This document shows, piece by piece, positions 38,245 to 52,743 of a DNA stretch of 64,000 bases; the stretch's first letter is position 1, and every line of letters begins with the position of its first letter. Source of the DNA: Rhina ancylostomus (taxonomy: Eukaryota); NCBI GenBank assembly GCA_030265395.1, contig JARFYF010000057.1:22244708-22308707 (forward strand), in the 5' to 3' direction. The translations under genes and the position numbers were made by a program. The notes beneath the pieces were generated by a model. That model was given only the letters and a program-made list of their open reading frames with translations, did no database searches and had not been told where the DNA came from.

Positions 38245-38690
38245 TGACAATTTTATTTATTCAAGTGAAATGGGTTCCGCAGGCTGAGCCAACATTTAAT
38301 AGGCTATCTCTAACTGCCCTTGAGAAGATGGTGACGAGCTGCCGCCTTGAATCGCTGCAGTTGAGGNNNNNNNNNNNNNNNNNNNNNNNNATACCACCAA
38401 TATTGTTTGGGAGGAAGTTCAAGGTGCTATGGTGAAGGAATGGCAATACATTTCCATGTCAGGATGGCGTGTGGCTTGGAGGTGATGTTCCCTTACTTTT
38501 ACTCTCTTTGTCCTTTTAGCTGGTAAAGGTTGTGGGTTTGGAAGGTGCTGTCTAAGGAGTCTTGGGAGTTGCTACAGTGTACAAACTGCTCCTACTGTGC
38601 AGCAACAGAGGAGTGATTGACTGGTTGAGATTGGGGTGCCTGTCAAGTGGGCTGTTATATTTTGTTTGGTGTCAAGCTTCTTGAGTGTAG
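38245..38690 (-). mobile_element. L2/CR1-like LINE 3' fragment
   Basis: taactgcccttgagaagatggtg...tcaagcttcttgagtg, the reverse of the 3' end seen at 62.9-63.4 kb. Confidence 0.65.
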
Positions 38691-39993
38691 GAAGCACAGA
38701 GATTCAGAGGATTAGTACAAGTGCACCTTTGTCCCCTTACCTCTAGGGCATAATTTCACATTGTATCCTTGTCATAAAGATCTTTATCTCTAAATCAATG
38801 TCATAGTTAGTGTACTTCCTGCTCCTCAACTGCAAATGTACAGTTTCTGCCAGGAATTTCTTCTCCTTATAACCTTTTGAGCAGTGGCAGTGTGCAGATG
38901 CAGACTTGGTCTGCATGAGTATGGGTTTCAGTTTGTGGGAAGCCATGAGTGGAACACTGATTACCTTATTTTTTTTAAGAATGATGCCATGTCCATTGTT
39001 TTTTGATTGGCAGGTGGCGGCTAGCATTTGAAATAAAATAGAAAGCACAAAGGTTATAACCAGATTTTGAACAATGCCAAACTTAATAAGTGTTCCTATA
39101 ATAGCAAACATTTGCCCCAAGTTGACCCTGGGACTTCTCAGGCTACAGGTCCCATTACAGTTCTAGAAACAAGTCTACAATAATCTGCGGATTATTATGA
39201 GGTCCTCAAAGCCACAAAAATTTTCACTAATTAACAAACACAGGCTCAGATCTGGCGACTCTCCTGGTCTTGTTGAGAACTTGCAGGCAGAACCTTGGAA
39301 CATGGCGACCTAACCATCAGATGATGACAAGATGAATAAATAGATAGCTCAAGACTTGCCTGTTACTTAAGTGTAAAAGAAAAGCAGTAACAGAGGCAAA
39401 ATTTGCAACACGTCCTGACTAATCTGCAAACACAAACAAGATCTGCTGCTTCAGCTCCCACACCTTACATCCTCAACCGTAATCATGTTGAAACACGCCT
39501 TGCTTGTGTGGCACACCCTTTGAAAGCCAAAGCAACATTGAACAAGGCAGGCCTAAATAAATATCCTGCTATGGCAGGATGCAGTTCTCTGCGGAATAAA
39601 CTCAGTTATACAACCATGCAGGATATTCAGACAGGAAGAATCACAGAAGTAAAATCCAGAGTGCCGGGTTAGCAAAGCGATCTCAGGAGGAGCTCAGTCC
39701 CAGGCTTCCTGACCAGAGGTGAGTCAGTCAGACAAGGCATAGCCTAGTACTGTCCCAGGTCTAGACTCAGCTGGGACAGAACCTGATTTCCGTATTACTA
39801 GCATCCAGAAACGGAAATGGCATCAAAGACTCTGACTGTTTGAACTATTACAATTGTAATTAAATACACGGAATTACTGCTGTACACGACAATATGAATG
39901 GCTACTTTCTTTACTGCCACACCCAAAAGCACCAGGAATGCTCAAATGAGGAAATACAACGTATATTTGAAAGGGAAATGCAGTGAAGCAGTA

Positions 39994-40300
39994 CGCCGGC
40001 CAACCTCAGGTAACGAATGGGTTCCAGTTTTATAGACACGAGAACGCAAAAATCACTTGTTATAGTGACCATACTTCCACAGTACTGTAACGAATGGCAT
40101 CAAAAGCACACAAGACCGACGAGAAAGAAGAATTACTAAAAGGTGGCGAGCGAGCGCAAAAACTAGTCCTTTTAAATATTATTAAATTCAAAAGTCCGAC
40201 ACATGTACATACAATCAGACTTTTGAGTTTAATATCATGGGAGTTTGTTTGTATGTAGGGGTGTCCCTAAGTCAGGTGTTGGTAATCAGAGGATGGCCTG
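39994..40300. mobile_element. Tigger-like MITE
   Basis: Left ggccaacctcaggtaacgaatgggttcc and right ggtaatcagaggatggcctg imperfect TIRs; internal hairpin tcaaaagtc...gacttttga. Confidence 0.6.
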
Positions 40301-41679
40301 TTGTAATAATATAGCATCACTGCACCTATCCAATATAGGGAAACAAGTTAACTGCTACAGACCACATTATTGGCAGCCTCTGATAAAAATCACATGGTTA
40401 AATTTAATTTTCAAAAAGAAAATAAAGTTGAGCATCAATTTCAATCTGAAGATTGCCCCAAATCAATCTCTTTTACCTTAAAAATAATGAGCTTAATAAA
40501 ATTACAAAAGAGTGCAACCATAAACCTGATGTTACAGCAGCAAGAACTGTCACCAGATGTCTGGAAACAAAAGGAAAGGACTGAAGGATGATCAGTGTGG
40601 TGGAGGGGGTGAAAAATAATCAGATACCTGTGATGAAGTGGCATACGGGTGGAATGTAATGCAAAATGGGTACAAAATGCAAGTAAGGAACTCATCTGCA
40701 GAGCTCCTGGTCTGATACAACACCAAATGTTAGGAACTCTGGGAGAAAGTGGCCCAAGTTTCCCTGCAGTGCTCCAAAAGGTGTGTTGTACTTGTGTTGG
40801 GAAATCGTAACAGGTACAAGAGTGATTCACACTCAGTAGTGCATGATCAAATTTCTGGAGTGATGCTAAACAAATTGAAAATAGTTATCATTATATTTCA
40901 CTTTAGAAAGTATACTTCCGATCATATTTTTTTAAAAAATTATGTAATCAAATTTTCCAACTATTAACATTTTAGTCACCAGCAAACATCCCGGTTACAG
41001 CAACATTAAAGACAAATAATGTGCAAAATTTATGTTTTGCTAGAAATTACGGTTTTGCCAAGGGAATGCAAACATTTTCAGGAAAATGACCGCAAATTCA
41101 AAAAGTCTGTTATATAATTGGATTTCACAAATACCAGCAATGAAGATGCCTTGGAAGAAATAATACAAAAATCATACAAGCTCACTTCTGGATTTTTTTT
41201 ATTATTAAGCACAGAACATCAGAGCAGCACACTGTCCTTCTGTTAACTTGCTGGTTGCATTGAATTTGATTTCGTAGTTCGACTCAGACACCCATAGAAT
41301 ATTGTCTGAGGAGAAATAACCAAGAGCATTTCTAAACAATGTGGTCATCACAGGGGAAACCATTATATGGGGAGTGGTGCAGGAAAATGAGCGTCTCAAC
41401 TATTGTTCTCTAACTTATTAATAGAGCAGGTTCTTCACTCACGTTATACTCTGCAAGAGTCTCCCCACTGCCTGCCGAAAGGAAAAGTTATCACAAGGAT
41501 CCTTCTCAACCACCTTCCACAGGCCAAAGAGTTGTGCCCTGAATCACATTCCAATTCCATACAATGGATAGGAATGTCACTGGGCAACAACTCTGGGGCA
41601 AAGGCAGGGAGGAGCATTAATTACAAGAGATTGCCTTTTTTTAAAAACCTCAAAAACCTGTGACTCCATCAGTTGTGAA

Positions 41680-42790
41680 TGACTGTGGAGTATTCTTCTT
41701 AAATTTGGCTTCCCTCAGAAGTTCACCTCCACCTTTTGTCTGTTACATGACGAAATGCAAGTGGGTCCACAACAGGACCAATTTCAGTGCAAACTGAGTG
41801 TTACTCAAGGCTGTGTCATCACCCCAACACTTCTCTCAATCTTTCTCACTACCTCCAAGAAGCTTCATATCAGAGGGGGGGGGTTGATCTATAGGACAAA
41901 TGTTAAATTGTTCACTTGCATCACCTCCACTCTGGATCAAGGTCATTCCAACCTCATCCTTCAGGCTACAGTATACAGAGGACTTCCGGAGTTTGAGCTC
42001 CAAATTATTGTTGGTTTGTTCGCTGAAGCTAACAAAGGAATGGACCAGACATTAAACATCCACAAGACAAAAAGGTCTTCTACCAATGTGCTCCAGAGAA
42101 CAAACATCCACAAGGAAACACTGGAAAACTTTTGACTACTTTCTATAATCTAAGTCATCTCTCAGTGAAGGGGGATTTTGATGAAGATTATCAGACTTCA
42201 CCTGTCTAAGAGAACGACCTTAAATGTAGCACAAAGTTCATGGTGTAGCAGGAATCCTCCTGTTCTATGTACTTCTGGAGATATTACCTACCTACAGCAG
42301 GCATCTCATTATACTAGACAGATATCACTCATGCCATCTCTACCAAATCCATGACACGATAAGCAAACCAAAGTTAGCATCTTCTCCTAGGCCAAAAGCA
42401 AGGGTCTAATTACATATATGGTGCTAATGGACAGACTACAGTGCAAGCATGCCTGATGTCAGATTCAAGAAACAAGCACTATACTTGGAGTTCTGCCACA
42501 GGAAGAGGTTACAATTCAACTCCATTCTCAAAGCCTCCTTGATACAGAGTACAACATCCTCACTGACTCGAGCATCTATCATCACTCAAAATGGAAGGAG
42601 GAGGATTGGGAAAGGCACTGAGAACCTCAAATCAATTATGAAAAAGTTTTCCTCCTCCCTAGTCAAATCATCTTTTGCTTCACCTGTGGTAGAGTTTCCA
42701 GATCCTACACTAGATGTCAGCTAACTAGGAACCCAAAGAATTAGAGATGAAATAATTCATCCTTGACCCCAAATGGCTGCACAAGAAGTG
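41680..42790 (+). mobile_element. RTE-clade LINE remnant
   Basis: aaatttggcttccctcagaagttc (KFGxPxKF), VTQGCVITPTLLSIFL and MPDVRFKKQALYLEFCHRKR resemble RTE/BovB RT and C-terminal motifs. Confidence 0.75.
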
Positions 42791-43429
42791 GATTCTGCAG
42801 GCATGTAGACCAATTACTTTTCAGTGTTTAACTGCATGTCTCTTTTCACATCCTTTTACACCTCCAACACAACTTAGTATATAGGAACATTATGATTGGT
42901 CAAATGCTACCATGAAAACATCTGCATTTTTAAGAATAGGACAAGCTAGCTTGAGAAAGGCTCTCAAAATATTTTTAAAGTAGAACAACTAGATAAGTCA
43001 GTTTTAAAAGATATAGAAACTGACTTTATTTTGATAAACTAGTGTGCCAATGAACTACTCAATGCAGAAGATTTAAAAAGGACCTCACAGCTTTTATGGA
43101 AATTGCACTTTGATAAATTTTTATATGAAGTGACAGAGGATTTTTCCTTTATCCAAGACGACCACTGGGCAAACTCAGAAGATTAGTATCGTGGCTCCCA
43201 GACCATTGTATAGCACTGGAGCTTCTGTGTCCTGTTTATCAAAATTACTTTTCACCTAAAATTAAAAACATACACCATCTGGTACTTTGTTCAAAACAGA
43301 GACTAAAGAACAAATAAACTTGACATGCAGTGCACTTATCACATTTGCAGGACATCCCAAAGCAATTCAAAGCCAGTAATTACTTTTGTAGCATAGCTGC
43401 AGTTGTTTTATAGGGAATTTATACATTCC

Positions 43430-45250
43430 TGCCTGGAACAGCAACCCAACCATGGCTAACAAAAGTAGTTAAGTATTTGATTCAAAGAGGAGTCATACAA
43501 AGTTGCCAGGAAAGGCTGCAAGCCTACAGATTAGAAGGGGGATCAGTTAGGGAATAAAACTAGATTATGAGAGCATACTAGCAAGGAACACAAGAATGGA
43601 TTGTAAAAGCTTCTACCAGCATGTGAGAAAAAGATTTGCAAAGACAATTGTAAATATCTTAGTCAGTAAAAGGAAAAATTTTATAAGGGGGAACAAAATA
43701 AACACACTCTTGTTCTGTCCTCACAAAAGACTCAAGTAACTTCTCAGAAATGCAAGAGAACAATGAGCCCGAGTAAAAAGGAAGCATTAAAAAAAAGGTA
43801 ATTATTCTTAGTGTTTAAAAAAAGTGTAAAAGGTTTAAAAAAAAGTTAATGGGACTGCAAAGCCAATCATTCCCAGGGTTTGAATCCGCATCTCACAGTA
43901 CTAACAAAAAAGGTAACCATGGAAATAGACGTATTATTTATCATCCTCCAAAACTGTATAGAATATGGAATAGCTCCTGCAGATTGGAGGGTGGCAAATA
44001 TGAGCCCATTATTTAAAAAAAGTAGTGAGAGAAAACAGGAAATTATAGACCAGGGTAACATTAGTAGCAGGGAAATGTTAGAATAAATTAAAAAAAGAAT
44101 GTGATACGAGGGCAGTGTCCAATCCTGCTGATATTTTCTGAAAGTCAACATAGATTTATGAGGGGCAGATTGTATTTGATAACTGCACCTTTTTTTTTCC
44201 CCTCTTGAGGATGCAGCTGATACAATAGATAGGGGAGACCCAGTGAATTGCTTTTGTTTGAAAATTGATTGGTTGACAGACACAAAATGTAGAGTAGTAA
44301 ATGTGTCTATACTACGTCAGCAGGCAGTGGGGCATCATAAGGATGAATGCTCGGGACCCAGCTATCTATGATACATGTCAATGATTTGGATGAGGGAACT
44401 GAATGCAATATTGTCAAAGATACAAAACTGGGCAGGGATGTGAGGAAGACACAAAAAGGGGCTTCCTTTTGTGAGCGAAGGAGCAAGTACATGGCAGATG
44501 AAGTACAAGCTGGGTAAATGTGAAGTGAGTCACTTTGGTAGGAAAAACAGATTGGTGATAGATTGGGAAATGTAATGTCCAAAGAAATTCGAGCGTCCTT
44601 GTACGTCAGTCAATTGAAAGCAAACAAGCAGGTGCATGGAGTTAAGGCAGCAAATGGTAGGGTGGCGTTCATTGCAAAACGTTTTGAGTACAGGAGCAAG
44701 TACGTCTTACTACAAAGAACCTTGGCGAGATCACTCCCAAGCATTGCAAGGAGTTTTGGTCTCAGTAACTAATAAAGGATCTACTTGGTACAAAGGGAGT
44801 GCAACAAAAAGGTTCACTGGACTGATTCCTGGGATGGTGATACATGATAGAGTTGACTAGGCCTATATTAACTAAAATTCAGAACATGAGAAATCTCACT
44901 GAAAAAAAAAGGTACAAAATGCTAGTCAGGTCTCGGCAGGCTGGATGCAGGGAGGATGTTCCCCTGGTTGGTGGGGGTGTGGAGGGCAGGCAGGACTCAG
45001 CGTCTCAAAATACAAAGTAGTACATTAGGACTGAGATGGAGATATTTCTTCAGGCAGAGGATGGTGAACCTATGGAATTTTCTACCACAGACTGTGGAGG
45101 CCAAGTTGCCGAATATATTTAAGAAAGCAATAAACATTTCTAGGCAAAAAGGCAGGAATATGGTAGTGATGTTAGCCATGAACATATTGAATGATTGAGT
45201 AGACCTGAAGGGGCAAATAGCCTACTCATGTTCCTATTTTTCTATGCCTG
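43430..45250 (+). mobile_element. Old CR1 LINE, heavily decayed ORF2 and 3' UTR
   Basis: GIAPADWRVANMSPLFKK, aatgatttggatgagggaac, KAANGRVAFIAKRFEYRSK, FFRQRMVNLWNFLPQ. Confidence 0.85.
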
Positions 45251-47154
45251 TATGAACTCAATGGAGTCAATACTTGCACAGTAGTATCATACAGATTTCA
45301 ATAGTCCTCAAGGATGAATGCCTGTCAGGATAGAGAGGAAGGTCTTTAACTCCTCTTAGAGCAATCCTCATTCAATCTCTTCCAATGTGGTCATACCTGT
45401 AGGTCATACGTGTGCAGGATGAAATATCAGGCAAGACATCCCACCCAACCCTCTGCCCACGTCCAGAACCCACAACCTCCACCTGCAGAAGTGGAACTAC
45501 AGCAATTTTACAACAATTGTCAGAAGCCAATGAAGAAAATAAGAAAATCATTGTCAGCAGGAACTGCAAGAAGAAAATGGAACCCCTTAATTACAAAAAT
45601 CTCAGAGGAGAAACAAATGGGAATAAGTAAAAGCAGCAGTTTGTGTTGATCATAAACTTGCTTCAACTGATGCTGAAGTGGGATTGTGTTGCAATGTCAT
45701 AGGCTGTAATTCGATTGTTTCCCCAAATCTTAAAGTTATCATTGTCATATAATGAACTGCACCAGAGGCAGGTCTCAAAATCAGATGAACACTTACTTGT
45801 GGGTATTCACACACCTTATCACACATACCCACCATGAGACCTGGAACTCCGGAGGAAGTGGCTGACACTTTTGCTGGTTGCAGTTGCACCAGGCAGATTG
45901 GGGTGACAATCATAATTCAAAATTCTTTTCTATTGGAAGTGAAGACCATCAACTCTGGGCTTTGGATTTTTGTCCAGCACCATTGTTTTGGAGTTGGTGT
46001 TGAAATAATAATCAGCACAGACAGCTTAATATATATTCTGTTTGCAATAGGAAATAAAGCAACATTGTATTTCTCTCTTTAAAAATACAAATTACATCAA
46101 AAGGTCCACCTCAGGGGTTGTTAATTGTGGATGAATGTTTCTCTGGAGGATTCATCACATGGACTTCTCCAAAAGCTCCACCTCCACCCATTGGTCAGCC
46201 AATGTCTCGTCCCACAGAGCCAAACCCCCTTCAGCATTTGGGCAAACTGTCTCCTTCACTCAAATGGACAATTTTTGTCTGCCTGCCAAATGAATTTTCT
46301 GTTCTCAACTCCAAAGTCAAAATTTTGATATTGAAAAACACCTCTGATTGCTCCTCATCTTCTTGGAAATCAATCATCACTGCAACTTCTGTATAGATAC
46401 TGAATGAATAATACCACACAGTGATGTGGGCTCTGTGAATGAGGAAGGGCATCGAAACCACTAATTACCAAGGACTAAAGACTGCAACAGAGTGTTGACA
46501 AAGTGAAACACCAAGGATCAGCAAACAGGTGAAAAATTACACTCTCTGATCTCATTTGGAGACTAAATGTTGCAATGCCAAAACAGTCCCCCCCCCCCGG
46601 CCAAAAAATCTCTAGGCAGTGTTTACTGAATACATTCAGTACTTTTCTCTGTACTTGTTGAAATGTTCTGAAGTCCACATCCACACGCTCATACACAGTT
46701 GTAAACTGAGTCACTGCGTTGCATTGAACCGAGTAATAGTTTTCATAATCACTCAACTCTCCACAACTCTGCACTATCTTGCTCTTGCAGCAACGTCAGT
46801 GGAGAGGAAAATCAGGCCTGGTGTTAAAACTACTGAGAAAATGAGTGGATTGATTAAGGTTGCCCTGTGTTTACACAAAAATGATCATCCAACTGGCATA
46901 CCCAAAGATAGCAACACTTTTCTGAAAGAGATGCAGGTTACCAATTGCTGCTTTACTTCTTCAGAACATGAAAACCAAAAGACATGGAACACAACCTCAA
47001 AAGGAAGAGGTGTCACGTTGTTACACTTCTAGACTTTAATCTGCCAAATCAGCTCTGGAATGAAAACCTAAGTGTATTCCTTTTTAAACAAGATACAATC
47101 TTCTTTGAACAACAAGCAAATATAATGACAATGCAAAATTTTTTAGACACTTTG

Positions 47155-48490
47155 TAGTCAGAGTCTTAGAGCATTGAAACAGGCCCTTTAGCCCATCACA
47201 TCCATGCTGGCTATCAAGCATCTTTCTATACAAAACTTGGCCCACAGCCTTTTACACATTGGTGGTTTAAGCGCTCATCCAAATACTTTGTTAGTGTTGC
47301 TAGATTACCTACCTTCACTATCCAGATTCAAGCCATCCTCAAAATTTCCTCTAATCCCTTCCAAGCATCCTAACCCTTATACCTATGCCTGGGTTACAAA
47401 CACCTCTGCTAAAGGGAAGAAGTTTCTCACCATCTACACTGTATATACCCTTCATAATATTGAATATCTCAAATCAGGTCTCCCCCACCTCAGCTAACTC
47501 CATTCCATGGAAATGGAAATCCAGCCTACCTGGTCTCCGCTCACAGCTGAAACTCCAAATCCTAGAGAACATCCTGGTTAATCTCCTCTGCCCATTCTCC
47601 AGTATAATCGCATCCTTCCTATAGGGTGGCAACCAGAGCTGCACACAGTACTGCAGCAGTGGCCCAGCTATTGATTTATATAGTTGTACCACAACCTGCC
47701 TGCTCTTATGTTCTGGTCAACAAAGTCAAGTAGCCTGCACACCTTCTCAAAAGCACCTTATTCGTCTTTAGGGATCCTTTGACATGTACATCAAAGTCCT
47801 TTTGTTCCATAGTACTTCCTGAAGTCTTATCATTGATTGTCTATATCTTAGCCTTACTACTCCCAAAATGCATTCCCTACATTATTTTTAGGGTTAAATT
47901 CCATTTGCCATTGCTCTGCCCATTTTACCAACTCATCAATATCATTCCACCAAAGACTACCTTCCTCACCGTCAACAGCACCCCAACTAATCACTCGCTC
48001 AAACTTTATACAGTCACATCCAGGTGGTTAATGGATATAACAAACAGGAAAGGGTTTCATCACTGGTCACAAGCTTCCAATTGTAAAAACAACCCTCCAG
48101 CAACACCTGTGCTCCTATTACCAAGCAAAATTTCACAACTAATTTGCCAAGATCCCCTGAACCCCAAGGGCTCTTAACTTTAGAATCAGTCCCCCATGTG
48201 AGACCTCGTCAGAAGTCTCATTGAAGTCCACGAAGACGTCATCAACTGTACTACCCTCTTGCTTATCTCTCTAAGAATTCATGCATCTTAAACAGTCTTG
48301 TTAGTCCCTTAATAAAGCCCCACTCCAAGTGAAAATTAATCCTGTCCATTAGAATTTACTTTACAATAATTTTCCCACCACTGATTGTAGATTCACCGAC
48401 CTGTAATCATTCAGCTTATTCCCGCTGCCCTTTGTGATACTACCTTTACTGTCCTCCAGTCATTGGGCACCTCTTCTGTAGCTGCAGAAG
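47155..48490 (-). mobile_element. CR1 LINE RT to 3' fragment
   Basis: Minus ORF VQLYKSIAGPLLQYCVQLWLPPYRKDAIILENGQRRLTRM. Confidence 0.85.
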
Positions 48491-49814
48491 ATTCAATATA
48501 TCCTAGGGTGTGTCTCAGGGAAGCTGAGCAAAAGTAGTTTCTGTGGCTTCCAGGATACTGCAAAAACTGACACTATACAATTAGACAGAGCAAGTAATCC
48601 AGTAACAAGTCCAGTTCCTTAGCAAATGATCAAATTACTACTTCCATGGTCAATTTTATTACTACTATAAATTATTTTACCTTCCTTACAATCAGGATCT
48701 CTGTAATCAATGGACTAGCAAGGGGCACACATTTGAAAAGAAATTGGTTTATGAGATAAGTAATACATTGTCTTAACAGGAGCATTATAAGAAGGAAGTC
48801 AATACATAGCCAGCCAAAACAGACACACAAAATTGATAAGCAACCTAGTTTCACTACTGAGCTGAACACAACTTCAGCAAATGTACTTTCCAGCAAAGTT
48901 CCTTTGCCAACCAGGACTAACATAGATTTTCTCCTAATAAACAAAACACAGTGAAGCTAGATAGAAACCCTCATTATATTTCCAGTGATATTCACGTCAG
49001 AAGGGAGAGTTGAATGAAACGCGATGACCATCAGATGTGCATCATTAGTCACCAGGTAAAGTGAACCTAGTTGATACTTTTTCGATGCACGTACATATGT
49101 TTCTTGGCCTGCCTTCTAAATCCGATGGGCATGCTTTGAGGATTTTGAAGATGGGAATGGTGGTTTGCATGCATGTGTTAACAACCTCAAACTGAAATCC
49201 TCATATGCAATCACCATCTCCAGCATATTACAAAGCAACAAAAGTCAGATCATTTCCACCAACAGTGTTGGTAGTTAACCATTCAACATACAATTACTTA
49301 ATATAAATTAGGTAATGAACAACAGATGGGAGTACTGAAGTTCTGATTTTCAACATCAGTGACAAATCTCTTGTCTCCATAGCCCAAAGTTATGACTGGA
49401 CTGAAGAAACAAATCCTGCTGCCAATTTCAAATCACTGGGCATTTGAGAGTACCAATGCAATGGATTCACCCTCAGATTACTCCCTCCCAGGCAGCACAA
49501 ACACGCATTCATTCTCTGCATCCTCAGCAAAAGTTATAGGGCTACAATTTATTTGATACTTTAAAACATTCAAACAGCAGCATGCTGGGGCACATACTGG
49601 GCTGCAGAGGAACCACTCTCTAACCAGCACAAATGTGCATAGGCCTTGCATGTCAACAGTTGGAGAAATTATGTTTTAGTCACAATGCAAGTCTCCTGTC
49701 ATGGTAGGACCACTTAAAGTGGTAGTGCCCAATAAATAGTCTAGATGCATTGACCCTTTGAATGGCAGGTAGATGCTGGAGTTTAAGCATCATGCTACTC
49801 CAACAGCTGATGAG

Positions 49815-50130
49815 CAGAGTTATACAGCACAGAAACAGGCCTTTGGCCCAACTGGTCCAAAATGACCAAGGAATTCATCTAAGCTAGTCTCATTTGCCCA
49901 TATTTGGTCCATATACCTCTATATCTTTTCTATCCAATGTACCTATCCAAGTGCCTTTTAAATGTTAATGTACCTTCCTCTGGTAGCTTGTTCCATATTC
50001 AGACCACCCTCTGGATGAAAAAGTTGCCCCTCAGGTTCTTATTAAATTTGTCCCATCTCACCCTAAACTTATGCCCTCTAGTTCTTGATTCCCCAGCCCT
50101 GGGGAAAAAATAATATGTGTGCATTCAGTT
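49815..50130 (-). mobile_element. CR1 3' end
   Basis: tacagcacagaaacaggcctttggcccaac...aaacttatgccctctagtt (reverse of TRGHxFK). Confidence 0.8.
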
Positions 50131-50523
50131 CCCATTCTTTTCACCATGGCCCACCCTCAAACTATAAAGCAGCACAAAAAAAAACTACACCAGAATTCCT
50201 ACACCGTTGTGTTATTTTGAGACAGTATTAGCCATAGCACAATGAAGACACAGCAGACAATCATGCAATCCATTACATCCATCCAGCCAGGTGGAAAGGG
50301 ATTAGATCTCATTGGAAAGTCAGCACCTCTGTGCAATGCACTCCTAGTACTGTGCAATTCCAAAACAAATTGAAATTGATCTCAATTGTTCTTTGTACTG
50401 GTGTCAAGGGTATTATCACAAGATGACCAAAATCTGGTCCTCAGCTGCACACAAATTCATCTCAACCACTGAATGGCAAGTAACAGGAGAGTCTGTGTGT
50501 GTGTGTACATACACACATGTAGC

Positions 50524-50815
50524 AGGCACGGTAGTGTAGCGGTTAGTGTATCGCTATTACAGTGCCAACGACCCAGCTTCAATTCCAGCTGCTGTCTGTA
50601 AGGAGTTTATATGTTCTCCCCGTGTCTGCGTGGGTTTCCTCCGGGTGCTCCAGTTTCCTCCCACATTCCCAAGACATACAGGTTAGGAAGTTCTGGGCAT
50701 GCTATGTGGGTGCCGGAAGTGTGGCGACACTTGTGGGCTGCCACCATAACGCTGCGCACAAAAGGGATATTTCGCTGTGTTTTTCAATGTATATGTGACT
50801 AACAAAGATATCATA
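50524..50815 (+). mobile_element. Near-complete tRNA-derived V-SINE/HE1-like SINE
   Basis: A-box-like ggtagtgtagcggttag, B-box-like ttcaattcc, V-domain-like tgcgtgggtttcctccgggtgctccagtttcctcccaca, tail tgtgactaacaaagata. Confidence 0.85.
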
Positions 50816-51699
50816 AGTGGTTTTCCTTCTTCACTGAAAATTAATATAAGCAGCGTCTCTATATTGTTAATAAGCACAGCCAGTAATTAGAATGAAGTGC
50901 AGTTATTGGACATTAAATATAGTAAAAAAATACCTGGGATGTACATGGGCCTACTGCCAAGACAAGTTTGGCCCTGCTTCGGGTTGCACAACCTCGAAGT
51001 CAGAAGCTAGCAACTTTCATGGTTCAGGACGTCTGTTTCAAAACTATTCTGCAGGATTTCTTATCAGATCCAGGCTTTTCTTTTCTAGTTCAAACTTGCC
51101 CTTCTGAACTATTGCTATGACTTTGTATGAAGTAGTGTTCTTGATTTACCACATTTGACAGCCTTGCTAACTATCTTTCATGGAAACAAAATACAGTTTC
51201 CCCCACCTCATCGTCCCCCTGGATAAACCAATGAAATGACCATTTTGTTCATCTCCTCCAAACAATGGAAGGCATACAACTTTCCAGTGAGTTGAAGGTG
51301 ACTGTGGGGCCATCCAAGAGTATTCCAGGACATGCTTCTCTGGTGGATGTGACAAAACTCTTCTCCGTATTAAGTTCAAGGCTTGAATATCTCCTCTACA
51401 TCTTGGAAACTAGAAGCAGATGAAATACTTTGCAAGATCTCATAGCAGCAGAGATGCCATGTGTAGGTGCTGCAATTTAGTTGAAGAAATCTCTCGTCAC
51501 CTTCACTATATGGTTAGGACTTTCATTAAGTATCCTGCTTTCTTGATGATGGTCAGAACATGGAGTACCAAACCCATATTCTCTCAATTCCTTATAAAAT
51601 AAGGATTCTCCAAATCTGAATAATGAGAAATAACAACTGGTATACCATTCTCTACTGAAGTCACAAAACCTTGCTGAAGGACACTAAGTGAAATGACAT

Positions 51700-52060
51700 A
51701 GTGAGCCACACTGCACAGAAACAGGCCTTTCAGCCCACTGCGGCCCTACCAATTAAGTAGTAACCAACTCTACCAATCCTATTTACCAGCACTTCTAAGC
51801 CTTGCTGATTCAAGTGCTCATCTTGATGCTTCTTAGAATGTTGTAAAAGAATCTACTTGTCCTCCCCCCACCCCCACAGGCAGTGTGTTCCGATTCCAAC
51901 CAGCCCCTGGGTGAGAAAAATCCCTCCTCAGATCCTCTCTCAACATTTTATCCTTTACCCCACCCTCTGCCCTCTAGTCTTCAAAAAATGTTTCCAAATC
52001 GCACAGGTATCTATGCATGCCCTTCATAATTTTGTACACCTCCATCAGGTTCCCCCCTTA
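51700..52060 (-). mobile_element. CR1 3' end
   Basis: cacagaaacaggcctttcagccca...ctctgccctctagt...cataattttgtacacctccatcagg. Confidence 0.75.
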
Positions 52061-52171
52061 GCCTCCTCAACTCGAAGATGGTACCTTGTACAAATATTCT
52101 GCTGATATCTGGTTTCATCCACTGGGTGTACAGACTTGGATGCTACTGTCTACAATTTCTCATTTATTATT

Positions 52172-52475
52172 GGTTCCCGGGGCACCATTGCACAATACAA
52201 GAGGGCATGGGTTTAAGGTAATGGGTGGTAAGTTCAAGGGAGATGTCAGATGGAGGTTTTTCACCCAGAGAGTGGTTGGTGCATGGAATGCGCTGCCTGG
52301 GGCGGTGGTGGAGGCTGATACGTTGGTCAAGTTCAAGAGATTGTTAGATAAGCATATGGAAGAATTTAAAACAGAGGGATATGTGGGAGGAAGAGGTTAG
52401 ATAGTCTTAGGTGAGGTTTGAAGGGCGGCACAACATGGTGGTCGGAAGGGCCTGTATTGTATAATGGTTCTATTA
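52172..52475 (+). mobile_element. Younger CR1 3' end
   Basis: NTRGHGFKVMGGKFKGDVRWRFFTQRVVGAWNALPGAVVEADTLVKFKRLLDKHM in one open frame. Confidence 0.9.
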
Positions 52476-52668
52476 GTAGTGTGAGGGCACGATGCACAAG
52501 TACTGCAACATACACTTCTAGCTGTGATTCTGCACTAGGCGTATGCTTCATAACATCTACCCTCGTACTTTGCTGTCTGGTACAGTGAAGGCAGCCTTGG
52601 TGCATACTCAATCCTCATTCAACAGCATGTCATTCATTATAACTATGTAGTAAATCAGGGACTTAGGA

Positions 52669-52670
<2 letters not shown>

Positions 52671-52743
<73 letters not shown>
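52671..52743. repeat. (GT)n microsatellite running into a gap
   Basis: Perfect GT dinucleotide run. Confidence 0.98.

Noticed and set aside
38743-39120. 125-aa minus-strand ORF near an AG|GTAAGG donor
   Set aside because: The frame stops before the donor, and there is no recognisable homology.
48672-48944. Hydrophobic minus-strand ORF (SILCVCFG) as an exon 1 candidate
   Set aside because: No GT donor at the expected position and no ATG start.
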